From: Pelomyxa schiedti
Taxonomy: Eukaryota; Protista; Evosea
NCBI GenBank assembly: GCA_020536535.1
Contig: JAHLWZ010000949.1
Location: 1-39,225, forward strand
Direction of reading: 5' to 3'
DNA length: 39,225 nt
Shown piece by piece: positions 24,425 to 36,400 of the stretch. A program made the position numbers and the translations under genes. Below the pieces are notes generated by a model. That model saw only the letters and a program-made list of their open reading frames with translations, did no database searches and was not told where the DNA came from. Every line of letters begins with the position of its first letter. Within the stretch, counting starts at the first letter, position 1.

Positions 24425-25115
24425 ATGTCGTGGTTCAAGGAAGATCCGTGGTCCGAAGTGTACACAAGAGAATCACCTGCCTACAGTCCACTAGCAGATC
24501 TATTCGGAGTCTGCCCTCGTCAGGCTGAGCAGCCCAGGAGAACGCGGCCACAACAAAACCAGAATCAGAATCAGAATCAACAGAGGGCTCAGAAGAGAGG
24601 GCCGGATCGTGCAGCAGATTCTTTGGAGGATTCCCTGGCCAATGCGATTCTGAAGCACCTCCGGTCCCAAACACAAGAAGGCGGTGATTCTGTCGAGTCT
24701 GAACACTCCTCAGAAGACACTCAATGGTATCCAAAGGCCGATCTATTGGAAAGCCCAACTAGCTACCAGGTATGAGTAATGTAACTAACTACACCCCACT
24801 CTATCCCAATGCCCAATCCCATAACAGATACGGGTAGACCTGCCAGGGATTAAAAAGGAGGACGTGGCAGTGGAGGTAGATCCCGGAGGTACACTGACAG
24901 TCTCCGGCACCAAACCCACACCCACGACAACGATGCCGACGACGCAGTGGCATCACACGGAGCGGCGGTTTGGCAAGTTCTCCCGGTCGTTCAGGGTGCC
25001 GGTAGATGGAGTGGACCAGAGCTCAATAAGCGCGACGTTCGACCTTGGAGTTTTGACTCTTGTTGTGCCCAAGCCCGTGTCGTCACCCAAGCAACACCGC
25101 ATTTCCATCCTCTAG
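24425..25115 (+). CDS. hsp20: Small heat-shock protein (HSP20 / alpha-crystallin domain)
   Basis: One intron, 24770-24828. WYPKADLLESPTSYQIRVDLPGIKKEDVAVEV...TLTVSG...ERRFGKFSRSFRVP...ISATFDLGVLTLVVPK and a C-terminal ISI motif. A (CAGAAT)n QN repeat lies in the N-terminal arm. Confidence 0.93.
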
Positions 25116-25234
25116 AATAGCCACAACCCACAAATGTCGTATTAATAGACTTGTAGTTATCTTCCCCTTGTGTTGCACCGTTGTTCACCAAAAACAATCA
25201 AATCGTCAAATTCCTCGAAATCAGTGGTAGTCTG

Positions 25235-26516
25235 ATGGACCAGTGGTTGGAGCCGAGGTGCACGAGCGCCACAAATGGAGGCTCGAGTTGCAGTAATGGG
25301 GGAACGGTCGAGATCGACGGCAGGTCGCCTCCTGTGCGACGTCCCATAATCGACCGCAACACTGGGGAACAAACAGGTTCAGGTTGCACAGATACAGAAC
25401 GCCCACCACCAACGCTGCCTTTGAGTGATTTGGTGGAGATTGAGCTTGGTGACAATGTCAGCGGCGCAGGGGGTGCTGGTGCGATGAAAACGGTCAGCAT
25501 AGCAAATTGTGGGCTTTGTGCTGTTCCACAGTTGGTGTTTTCTTGTGGAAACCTAACATGTATGACACAGTTTTGTTGCTGTTATTGTCTGATGTTTAAC
25601 TGTACATTAGGCCTGAGACTGAACAACAATTCTTTACAAGAATTCCCTACTGCTCTCTTGAACTTAAGGATGCTGCAGACGTTGGGTATATTACCCTTCC
25701 TTTGTTCTTTGTTGTCAAACACGCACCCAAACAAAAAGACTTGGATAATAATAACTTGGCTCATTTGCCATCTGAAATATCCAGTTTGTCCAAGTTGACC
25801 AGCTTCTTCGTGGCAAGGAATAAGTTGAGGACTTTCCCCTTCAGTTCGTTCTTGAACATGCCAGAGATTGACTTTGTCAATATCGGCTACAACTATATTA
25901 ACATTAGCAAGTATTCCATTCCCTCTCGCTCCTAAGCACTCTCTCATTGATCTCTACAGCCTCAGACAACCCGAAGCTGTTCTTGTAAAGCATGCCTTCA
26001 TGAACACCGGCAATCAACTCACACCGGAACGGGTTGTAGAGGGGCTCTACATTGGAAGTGTATTCGCTACTGAGGATCATGAAGAAGTGCGCAAATTGGG
26101 CATTTCTCACGTGCTGGACGTTGGTGTACCACCCAAATCCAAGCTTGCAACTGTGTCATATGAATACATTGAGCTCCAAGACTTCTTGCAGGTTACTTTT
26201 AATCCAAAAAATGCAATCCCACTCATTTCCTCTCACTGCCAAATTCCAAATTCCTATTCCACAGGAAAACTTACTGTGCGTTCTTCCGAAATGCAATGCC
26301 TTCATACACAATGTCATACACACTCAAAATGGCCGGGTTCTGGTTCATTGTGCTGCCGGGCAGTCCCGCTCTGCTGCCATTGTCATTGGCTACCTGATAA
26401 AGCATTGTGGGATGACATTCGAATCAGCATTCACTCACTTGAAGCAAATACGGCCCGTGGTCAACCCAAACAGGGGGTTCATTTCCCAGCTGACCACATA
26501 CGAGTCCTCCAACTAA
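25235..26516 (+). CDS. Leucine-rich-repeat dual-specificity (MAPK-type) phosphatase, Dictyostelium MPL-like architecture
   Basis: LRRs LRLNNNSLQEFP and LDNNNLAHLPSEISSLSKL. DUSP domain GLYIGSV...LGISHVLDV, catalytic VHCAAGQSRSAAIVIGYL, and RPVVNPNRGFISQL. Confidence 0.9.
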
Positions 26517-26808
26517 AACTAATCATTCTGCCTGATAGCATATCTCTATCTCACTCCCTGTCAGAGACCATAAAAACCAAAAAAAAAAACGAGGTGTTCA
26601 CAGCAGCCCTATTTACCTGCATCTCTTACTTGTTTGTGGTGGTTTTTGATTAAACAGTTAAAAAATAAAGGGGCAACGGGAAGTGAGGACGGCAGCACGG
26701 CAATGACTCAGACGTTGCGTGCTTGTGGAAGAAATGGAGTGTGGGTGGTTTTGGAGATCTGGGTAAAGTACATACGCTGAGTAAGAAGGCGTGAGAGACG
26801 TAGTGATA

Positions 26809-29202
26809 ATGAGTTCTGGAGCGGATGTTTTGCTGAGGTCATTGTGTGGGGTCGGGGGTCAGGTGGCGTTTGGAATAACCGGTGGCAACGTGTTTGGTTT
26901 GTCTGTGGCACTGGAACGCAACTCTGACTGGAAATTAATTGCTGCAAGGTAGACGGCTTCCCCCGCAGCCCCGCGCTCCTATATTGTTTATCTTGGTGAA
27001 TGGGTGTGGGGTTATTTATATTATTTGGTCAATGGTGTGTGACTGTGTTGCAGGCATGAGGGTGGAGCGGGGTTCATGGCCTGCGCTTATACTTTGTCAT
27101 CTGGAAAGCCTTCACTTTGCTTCAGTACATCAGGGCCTGGTATCTGTGCCTTTTGTGCATTTTTTTTTTTAAGGCCTTATTCTCCTCTCCAGGAGCTTTA
27201 AACATGGTCAATGCTGCAATGCTTTCTTATCAATTGGGAATTCCCGTGATGTTTGTCAGTGGGTTACCTCATCCAGACAGGGTCACAAAAGGAGTCACTC
27301 AGGATATGAAAGGTAACTGGAAGTTGCCATCCTTCCTCGATCCCCATGAGAGGCTCACTTGTTTTCAATCAGATCTGTTTGGGCAAGTCAAGATATTCGA
27401 GCAAGTTGTCAAGAAAGCCTTTTATGTGAGCACTGCCTCGTACCTGAGCAGTATTATTCCTCAAGTGTTTAATGCTATGTTTTCTGGTCGCCCTGGGCCA
27501 GTGCACCTCTCTGTCTCAAATAGTATGCGTCGCCCAGTATGCATGAACGGATTCCTCTCACAAGCTGTGTAGCAGTGTGGTCAGAGAAGATTTCCTGTGA
27601 TGCAGTGGTTTACAGATGTCCATCTCTTACAGCACCTCTGAAACCAACATTGCGAGCGGCGGCGCGAGTGTTAATATCTGCGTCACATCCTGTCATTCTT
27701 GTTGGTAAGAGAACAGTTTTTGATGGCTACGCAATCAATCCTTTTTCAAGGCAACGGAGTTAGAATGTCAAACACATCTGCTGTTGTAACGGCACTGAGC
27801 GAAAGTCTGGATGCCCTCACGGTCACGACTCTTTTGGCAAAAGGTTTGTTCCCTGAGAAAAATAACCCTTCATCTCACTTGACTTCGCAGGTGTTGTTTC
27901 AGAAGACAACCGCAGGCATGCAGGATGCTACGGTCTGGGAGGCCAGAAGGCTGCGTCAGAAGCAATTTCCATAGCCGATACTATCCTCGTGCTCGGGTCC
28001 AGTCTTTCCGAGATGGAAACAAGTAAGAAGGTTCTCCTGTTTGCATGCGCCAACACCCAATCAAGATCTACAAGCTTCGTTTCAGGAGAATAAGATCCTC
28101 ATCCAGATAGATGTGGATCCCAGCAGATTGTTTCGCCGCTACAGTCCACAATTTCCAATAGTTTCGTCATTGCAATTGGCTCTTCCTGCACTGCTTAAAA
28201 TTGTGAACAAAGAGCTCAGCAAACACGACAATGAAGTCCGAAGTACACTGAACAGATGGGAAAGGTGCAATCTTGTTCCTGGCAGTTCACTGTTTTCTCG
28301 GTTTGAAGACGAAGAGAGTTACAATTCCGAAGCAGTTCCTCTTCACCCCGCGCGCTTGAGAAAGGATCTTCAGGAGGTGCATTTGTTTGTTGAAAATTGT
28401 GTGTGGCCACAGTTAACCAAACCAATCTTGGAACTCCAGGTTATTCCCGACAACGTCATCGTGCTTGCCGATCCCTCTGGTGCCGCCTTCTTCAATTTTC
28501 ATTATCTCAAGATCACTGGTGACCAAAAGCACTTTGGTGAAATTGGCTGGGCAAGCATGGGTGTGTATTATCAACACTTTCTTTCATCATCCTGTTGTTG
28601 GTTGCATTCTAACTCGGTGGGTAGGTCAGATGACAGCGGGAGCAGTTGGGGTTGCCTTGGCGTTCCCCAACAGGCCAGTCATTTGTGTCGTGGGAGATGG
28701 ATGCTTTGCAATGAACGGCTTTGAGGTAGGAACCGCCGTACGATATAACTTGAAGGTGACTGCTACTTCCACTTTCTGTTTGACAGTTTTCAAGCTTAAC
28801 CACTCAAATGGCACCTCAGATTATCTGGATAGTTGAGTGCAACGAGATGCAAGCCATGTGCCGATGGGGAGAACTGGCAATTACCGGCAGTGAAGCGCAG
28901 CTCGAACACACACTGTATGGTGAAGGCACGATACAAGCCGCCAAGATAGGACAAGGGATGGGTGCATTTGGTGCTGTAGTTGAAAAACCTGGCCACCTTC
29001 AGGTTGTCTTCAAAAATTCTCATGCATTGAGCATTATTAGTGTCACTAATAATCGATTTGGAACACACTCACCGAACTACAGAAAGTCATTGCGGAAGCC
29101 CTTGTCAGAGACGGACCAACAGTCATCGAAGCCAGAGTTGACCCACAACCCCCTGTTGGAATGCAACAAAGAATATCAGCCCTGTCTCTGGTCCATGTCT
29201 GA
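26809..29202 (+). CDS. Thiamine-diphosphate-dependent enzyme of the acetolactate synthase/decarboxylase superfamily
   Basis: MSSGADVLLRSL...FGITGG...AAR|HEGGAGFMA...STSGPG (PYR domain with the catalytic Glu); middle domain TLLAKGLFPE...ADTILVLGSSL; ThDP motif VVGDGCFAMNGFEVGTAVRY; ends VIEARVDPQPPVGMQQRISALSLVHV*. Multi-exon. Confidence 0.9.
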
Positions 29203-29568
29203 GTGCTTCACATCTATCTGATTTGGAAATCCCTGAAAAAAAAAATTTACTGGTGCAATTACCCAAGGATACAACAGGTGCATGTTTTCTGGCTTAGAAA
29301 CAGTGTTTCTTGGAAACAACATGGAAAGATTCTTCCATTCGAGGCACCTTCATTGACATGTACAGCACACAAATGTTTCCAACAATAACTCTCTTTTTTC
29401 CCCATTCTAAAACAATTTTGGCCCTGTTGTTGTGGATGGATGTTACTCTCGCCTCAAGAGTGCGTGTGGAGTAAGGGATTGGAAGCAACAAATGGAGGAC
29501 CTTCGACTTCGAAGAAAGTGTTTGGCCTAGAGTCCAATGTAAGATGATGGACTACCCAGAAACACTGT

Positions 29569-30366
29569 TCAGTGGAAGCAATTGGAGGAATCGATGTGGA
29601 GGCCCACAATCGGCAGAACCCAGGACATCCATGCCAACATATACCACCTGGCTCTATCCTCCCCCTCTCCCTCTGCACTGCCCCCCACACCCGCGCCCCT
29701 GTCCCTGTCCCCGCCCAGGTCCCAGGAGGCCCCACAGATTCCCCTGCGGGCACCCTCGAGGTCTCCCATGAATCCGGCGGTGCCGCAGGGGTGCACCTCG
29801 TAGAAGGGGATGTCCAGCACCGGGTGGTCCACCTGAGTCACAGTGGCCCACACGGGGCCGCCGGTGCCCTCGCCGCGGGCCAGACGCGCCAGCTGCCTGA
29901 TCGGAAGCAGGTGGCTGCAGTACAGCACAGGGACCTGGTACGCGCTGCTGTGGACCACGTGGACCTCCACCACGTCTGCAGTAGCCGCCGCACTGTCGCT
30001 TGTGCTCGTTGCAGTGATCGTGTCGGCGTTGCAAACGAGCGGCTCAGCCGACACGGAACCATCGTCGTTGTCCTCTGGAGGCAGGCACCAATCTCCCTCG
30101 TCGTCTTGTTCTCGTGATGTGATGGTCGGCCTTTCTTGGCTCCCCAGGAACGCCTGCGGTGATGACGACGCGGAGCAAGTCGACGAGGGCCAAGGTACCC
30201 TTAGGGATAGGAAACCACAGCCAGGCCCCCTGCACTCAACTGTTGTGTGGGGCTGCGTTTTCCACTGCCACAGCAGAGTCACACCGCTCGCAGTTGTGGG
30301 ACAGTTTCCCCCACACGAAGCCAGCCTCTTGGCCTCGCTCATGAACTCGGACCAACTCAGCGTCAT
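29569..30366 (-). CDS. ATG10: Autophagy E2-like enzyme ATG10, single exon
   Basis: VHVVHSSAYQVPVLY, VTQVDHPVLDIPFYEVHPCGT (catalytic HPC) and YMLAWMSWVLPIVGL. The ATG3 flexible region and FLITK-type N-terminus are not seen. Confidence 0.85.
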   Translation of the reverse strand: MTLSWSEFMSEAKRLASCGGNCPTTASGVTLLWQWKTQPHTTVECRGPGCGFLSLRVPWPSSTCSASSSPQAFLGSQERPTITSREQDDEGDWCLPPEDNDDGSVSAEPLVCNADTITATSTSDSAAATADVVEVHVVHSSAYQVPVLYCSHLLPIRQLARLARGEGTGGPVWATVTQVDHPVLDIPFYEVHPCGTAGFMGDLEGARRGICGASWDLGGDRDRGAGVGGSAEGEGEDRARWYMLAWMSWVLPIVGLHIDSSNCFH

Positions 30367-30446
30367 CCAAAGGCGAAAATGACGAATTGTGCCGAACGGT
30401 CTTCGTGATCGCTATTCACATTTGAAAGAAAAAAAAACTGGCCTTA

Positions 30447-31562
30447 ATGTCTTCTCTGCGCAGAGAGGTAGTAACCGAAGTTCGTGTCGAGCCCGTAATA
30501 CGCGCTAGGGATCAATTTTTTGCTCTGTACTGCGGGTTGCAGGTACCGAGGTGCTGCGCCAACAGCGCCCTGAGGCTGGTGCCCGCGGAGCTCCTGGTAC
30601 GCGGGATCGGCGAGCCCTGGGTGCTCTCCGCGTGCAAGTGCGTGGGCGTTACTCTGCGCCACGCCGGCGGGGTGTTTGACAACGACACCATGGTGCACGT
30701 CACGGCGTGCGTGTCGGCGACTCTGGCGACCGTGAGGTGCGGGTGCTTCACGTCTAAAAAGGCTGGGCTGCCGCGGAGCAGGCCCAGGCATTGTGGGATG
30801 ATCGTCGGGCAGATTGGCGACAACAGGTTCTTGTATGTCTCGGACCCTCTGGGACTGCACGTCGTCGACGGGGAGGGCAACTTGGTGACGACGTTGAGGA
30901 TGCGCGCGGCCGTGAGCTTTCAGGCTTGCAGCACGCAGTGGATTGTGGGATGCAGAGACCAGTGCATCGATATCTGGAAGGTAACAAATGGGGAACCTGA
31001 GAGAGATTATCGTTGTGGAATTGAACATGGACTGGACAAGGGGATGCGCACTGTTTTCCATGATGTTGCTATCAGAGAAGGCAATGTTCTGGTGATATGC
31101 ACCAGGAAGTGGGATACAAACTTTGTGGTGACTGGTTGCTCTGTTATTTTTGTGGACTTGGAGAGTACTTACAACCGGAGGGTGATATCCATCACCGGCA
31201 ACCTGGAAGCTATAGAAGAAGTTCTGTTATCTGATCCTCTCTGTGAAGTCCATAAACTATCCTCTGTGGGTGCTCTGGTCAGCACTGCATCAGATAAGAA
31301 ACTACATATATTCTACAACGTGGAACGCATCAGCGATAAGCTCATCAGAGTTGTTACTATGTCCAGTGGAAAGGTGGAGTTCTACCAGGTTTCAGACCTT
31401 TCCACACCGGTGATGAAATACCCTTATGAACAGGTTTTGAAGACAACACAACAATGTGAAGGGCTTGCTGTAATCAGAATGCCAGATGAGACACTGGTTG
31501 CAATGGATGTGCTGTCTGGTGCTAAATTGGCTCTTTTGTACATACACCAGACTGGTCTTTAG
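30447..31562 (+). CDS. Single-exon 371-aa hypothetical protein, probably a lineage-specific family, beta-rich C-terminal half
   Basis: Uninterrupted ATG-to-TAG ORF. The N-terminal ARDQFFALYCG...RCCANSALRLVP resembles, from memory, an expanded archamoebal hypothetical family; no database check was possible. Confidence 0.7.
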   Translation: MSSLRREVVTEVRVEPVIRARDQFFALYCGLQVPRCCANSALRLVPAELLVRGIGEPWVLSACKCVGVTLRHAGGVFDNDTMVHVTACVSATLATVRCGCFTSKKAGLPRSRPRHCGMIVGQIGDNRFLYVSDPLGLHVVDGEGNLVTTLRMRAAVSFQACSTQWIVGCRDQCIDIWKVTNGEPERDYRCGIEHGLDKGMRTVFHDVAIREGNVLVICTRKWDTNFVVTGCSVIFVDLESTYNRRVISITGNLEAIEEVLLSDPLCEVHKLSSVGALVSTASDKKLHIFYNVERISDKLIRVVTMSSGKVEFYQVSDLSTPVMKYPYEQVLKTTQQCEGLAVIRMPDETLVAMDVLSGAKLALLYIHQTGL

Positions 31563-31910
31563 CTCCCTAGCATCATAAACATCTACACACCTGTGATGGG
31601 AACAAGTGTCAGTTGTGGCTCTTCCAAACTAAAACTGACTCAGAACAATCACCTAAAGGCACCCCAAGAAAGCTTGATAGAACAAATTACAAGGAAGTCC
31701 GTTTTCCAATGCTCGAAATGACTTGATTCTTGAGCCAGATTCATGAAGGGAGATTTTTTCCCTTGCAGTACTAGAATCTGTAGAAACGAAAAACTGGCGT
31801 GCGGGCGAAACAGTGGTGCCTTCCGTGCGTCTGGGGTCTCGCTCGGTCCCGAGGCAGCCAGGGACTTCTGTCGCTCGCGCGGCGTGCAGCTCGCCCGGCA
31901 CTGTCCCACA

Positions 31911-33389
31911 ATGACGGGTCCGGTCGAGGCGCCCTGCCTCTGCGTGGAGGCCACACGCGACCCGCGCTTCGTAGGGTGCATCAACGACCCCATTCTGCTC
32001 ACGCTCCACCGCGACGCGGCCGACAGGGACCTCCACCTCTCTCCATCTCATTCCTCTCCTCCTTCTCCCCCTTCTGCTTCCACTTCTGTTCATGCGCCTT
32101 CGACGATATTGGAGTGCGGCGGCGAGAGCGTTTCGGCGTCCGAGGTTCTGCCGAGTAGAGGTGCCTGCCACACCAGTCAGAGTGACAGGTCGAGTTGCTG
32201 CCCCAACTGGGCTCATCAGTTGATCCTCAGAGTTGGAAACGCACTCCCTCAGTGGAGGGGTGTCAAGACTCGAAATGAAGTTGCGGCTGTGTCTTTTATC
32301 AGGGCCAGGGCCGATCCTTCAGTACTTCCGGTTCCCAGGGTTCTGGCTTATTCGTTCGATGGAAGCGACGATTCGCGCTTGAACCGGCGGGAATTCATTC
32401 TGTACTCGAGGATGAGGGGCCGGAACATGGGTTCGGTATGGGGGGACCTTGACACACAGCAGAGGATGGTGTGCGCCAGGAACGTGGCAAAGGCGATCGT
32501 GGAGTTGAGAAGGGTAACTCCCACGTTCTCGATGGGCGGCTGCTTCTCTGATTGGAGTTCTGTGACCAGCTCCACCAGCAGTGTCAAACCAAACAACTCG
32601 CATTGGGTGAGTGACGACTGCACTTGCTCACACTGTGGATTCGGCCTGCAGGCTTCCGGTTCTTTACTAGAGTCAATACCGGCCACATTACCTCGGGTCG
32701 GCCCCTTTGTGGACACCGGCCACCCGGCAGTTGACAACTTCGCGGATTACTATGCCCACACTTTGCGGTATTACCAAAGGTATGTCGCCGCTGATCCACA
32801 GTTCAGTCATGTGGCACAGAGAACCAGTTCGTGGATAACAGATGTGCTACCGCGAGTGATTGCCATGTCTCCCGATGCACAGAACCCAACTTTTGTTGTG
32901 ACTCATTCAGATTTGTCTGGAGGAAACGTGTTGATAGATGAGAACACTCTCAAAATCACTGGGGTCATTGACTGGGAATGGTGTTGCGCTTCTCCTCCCG
33001 GGGAAGAGATTGCGAATGCCACTTCTGAATTTGACAACACCTATACCACTGACTCTGCCATCGTTACATCAGAGTTTCTCAAGGTTTTTTCCCGCCTATC
33101 TTCCGTTACATGCTCTAACATTACAACCCCTACCTCAACTAAGGAATTGAAGGCACACAATATTAAACCCCAAGACGAACATTTGTCCTTTGTTCAAAGA
33201 GGTATCTTCCCGATTCCCTCTTGAAAAATTACACACCCCAACCCCACTCTTTTAGTTGTAGGCAATGCCATTCGAGCCTCGTGCTACCGAGACTGGGCCG
33301 CGAACCCCAAAGAAGCGGAGGAACTTGTGGAGGAGGCCCTCAACGAATTTGATGCTTGCTTCGAAATCTCGAGGCAGAACTACTTATGA
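31911..33389 (+). CDS. Aminoglycoside-phosphotransferase-like (APH/choline kinase superfamily) protein
   Basis: LILRV...KTRNEVAAVSFIR...LPVPRVLAY, Brenner motif HSDLSGGNVL and GVIDWE. A final exon (GNAIRASC...RQNYL*) joins in phase 1. The start may instead be the upstream ATG at 31743. Confidence 0.85.
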
Positions 33390-33444
33390 CTTTCCAAAAA
33401 TTTTTGTGCCTTGGCTTTTTTTCTTCTGGTGTAGTGATGATAGT

Positions 33445-36400
33445 CTAGTTTCTTTGGAGACGTAGTTTCTCCATAGAATTGACTAAGGCCTGCATTAAGG
33501 TATCCGGTAAAGTGGGTTCTACTGCCCTGATGGTGACCATCATAGCTGGAACTGTGCCGATCTGCTCGTGTCTGGCATGTATCAGGCAGGAGTTTGTGGT
33601 GCATATTACTTTGGAACAAATTATAGCTTCGGCACCTACGAAATATAGTTTAATTTGGAGTCATCGGCAAGTACAACTACCAATAATTTGTACACAGTGA
33701 GCATTCAAGGCTTTGCACAACATCTCCACTGCCTGACTTATATTTGCCGGTGCGGGTATGCGTTGTTTCTTTTCAGCTTTGTGGGTACCCCACATTTTCC
33801 CAAAAGCATCAGTAGTAATAACATTTGGTCTGGAGAGTGTAAAAACATTTATTATTGAAGTGACACATTCACCTGAAAAGGTTAAGAATATCAATAGGAA
33901 TGCTAAAGGTGAGTGTCTTGCTCTGCCTCGAGGTATAGGTTACCTGCCCTCCCAACGAAGATATTGAAGCAAACTTCGTATCATAACTTGGTTGAATGCG
34001 AATTATTTCCAGTGCCTTGATGTGTTAAATTTGTTAGTAAAGCACTTGTACACACGGTTAGTTTCGGAGGCAGACTTCTCACTGTGAAGGAATTTGCTGT
34101 ACAGGTGATCTCACTGCTACCTGCCACACATTGAACCTTGATTTTTTTAAGAAACAAGCGGAAATATATTACTGGAAATGCCTGGAGGCCAGGAGAAGGG
34201 TCAAGTTGCAGAACTACGTTGGAAATTGGAGCTATGGCGGCATTACTCAGAAGTAAAATAAACGTGATACTGTCTTCCTATTTGGTTTTCCGAATCGTCA
34301 ACACCCAGGGTAAATGAAACGAGGGAACCTTTAAGGCTTTCGTGTATTGAACACATAGTGTAGGGTCTGCTGCTACTCTGATGAAAGTTGCCTGTTCAAA
34401 GTTCGGTACCTGTTTTGGCAGATTGGACTCCAAAAGGTAGAAGTGGTAAGAATACTTCGTTTTGTAGACTTGAGATTGGTATAAGATTGTCGGGGGTAAA
34501 TTTAGAACCAGATTGAACTTGACTAAGGAACCCTTGCTTTTCAGTAGCAAGTGTGGGTTGAATAAGTGAAAGACTGTGCCCGGGCTTATTGTGTGTTGGA
34601 TCTGTGCATATGAAAGAAAGGATGCTACCGTTATTTCTGTGGGTAACTGTTGTAGTGGCCCCGCAGACAATAAATCCACCAAGGAGGTATTGTGTGTTGT
34701 GGTGCCCAATTCAACCTCAGTGGAATTGACATGTTCCGCCATGGATACACCCTCAAATAACGCGGAAGGTCCCATGTTGGTTGCATATTTACTGATCGGG
34801 ACTTCAGTCTGAAGGGAGTTATGAAAGGCGGAGGAGGCAGAGAAAAACTTGGTTGAGCTCAAGTAAAGATGAGGGCGCGTTTGAAAGAAGTTCAGTGATT
34901 CCCTTGGGTGATGTGTTCTATAGGATATGAATTGGGAGTTTTTTAATTGTATTGTCATGTTACCTTGTCAGTCTCATAAAGAAGATTCACCATTTTGGGG
35001 GTGGGCTGAGATGCAACCGACATAGAAGCAGGGGTGTATGTACTAGAAATACCTCTCCGGGGAAAATTTCCAGTACCCATGTCAGGTTTCACAACAGTGG
35101 GGTCTGTTGAGCCAAATAACTCATTGGCCTGAGCTGACCGTGTGGGATTTGTTATGGGTGTGGGGAACATAGTCCTCTTCGATGGTGTGGAAGTAGGAGT
35201 TACAACTGGGGTAGGAGTGGCAACAGGGGTTACTGGCTCTACCTCCTCCTCAGCCTCGGTTCTTTTTGTACTGTATTCGTTCATTAGTAAACAGTTATGA
35301 CAAGATGGCAGAGAGTTTACCCTTCCACTCCACCGTATCCACCTAGGGTCCATGGAGATCTTTTCTCAATTAGTGGGGAAAAAAAATATCTAAGCAGAGC
35401 TTCATACTTTTTTGAAGAGGAGGACATCATAGACAAGGTGGAAGAAGATACAGATGATACAGATGACGTTGGGTGAACAGTCTGTGTTATTTGAACAGTG
35501 CTTGGAGGAGGTGGTGCAGTTTGTATTTCCCCGGGAACAGATGGCGCAGGGTATTCAAAGTGTAATTTTGTGGCACTTTTACTAGAAACTGTGTGGCTTG
35601 AAGTATGAAGTAAAGAACGTTGGGCTTTGGGGATATATCTCTGCCCGTTAGGATTTGGTAGTGATCGAGTGAAGTGATCAAGAAAAGCCAGGCGAGGGTC
35701 GACCTATGTGCATAGCATTACACCATTTGTAGTAGTGGAGATTTTACCTCAATGTCCTCACAGCTAGCATCTTTTGGTAATACTCTTACCATTACACTGG
35801 GATTTTTCATCAGTGCAAGGGCCTCGTAACATCTCTATTTTTGGGTAAGCCACTGTGAAGTTCGAGTGGAGCCCACCTGTTGTAGGTCCAAAGAAAAAGA
35901 GTGTCTGCTGCCAGAGAAAAGAGTTTCAGCTTGAGAGCTTGGTTCTCTCCCACTGTGACAAATTGCTTTAAGGAGCGCACTTGCGATTACAGACTTGGTC
36001 CTACTTTCTTTTTTAATGTTAATTCAGTGAGATTTCCACTGTTAGGAGCACACCAGTCGTAAGGTCGAAAAGGTCGCATAAGCTAAGAATAACTTTTTCC
36101 ATATCTACACCACACAAGTCACCGTACTCGCCAAGTACCCAGCTTGTCACCTAACGACTTAAGACTGGAATTTGGAAGATTGGGAAGGTTTGATGGATAC
36201 CTGTATTAGTACTTCTGGCATCTCTGTTGCACCTGAGTGCTTCAGAAGGCTCTGCAATTGTTTGAAAAACCACTCGGCGGCATACTTTTGCAAGGTGCTG
36301 CCATGTCCACTCTCCAACCCCTCATCACCATCACTGCCCTCTTCTGCAATAAGACGAAGCAGGTTATTAGCAATGTCCGATTTAACCAAGCTACCCCCAA

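Noticed and set aside
29294-29491. 65-aa minus-strand ORF between the ThDP gene and ATG10
   Set aside because: Short, starts at a non-ATG codon, has no motif and lies in the convergent 3' UTR region.
20633-33389. Possible metabolic gene cluster (FAD oxidoreductase, ThDP enzyme, APH-like kinase within 13 kb)
   Set aside because: The three genes are interleaved with unrelated HSP20, DUSP, ATG10 and hypothetical genes, and I see no shared pathway logic or regulatory motif. Proximity is expected in so compact a genome.
33479-33967. Plus-strand ORFs of 67-73 aa
   Set aside because: They are antisense to the last exons of AP4E1, which carry the recognisable appendage-platform motifs.
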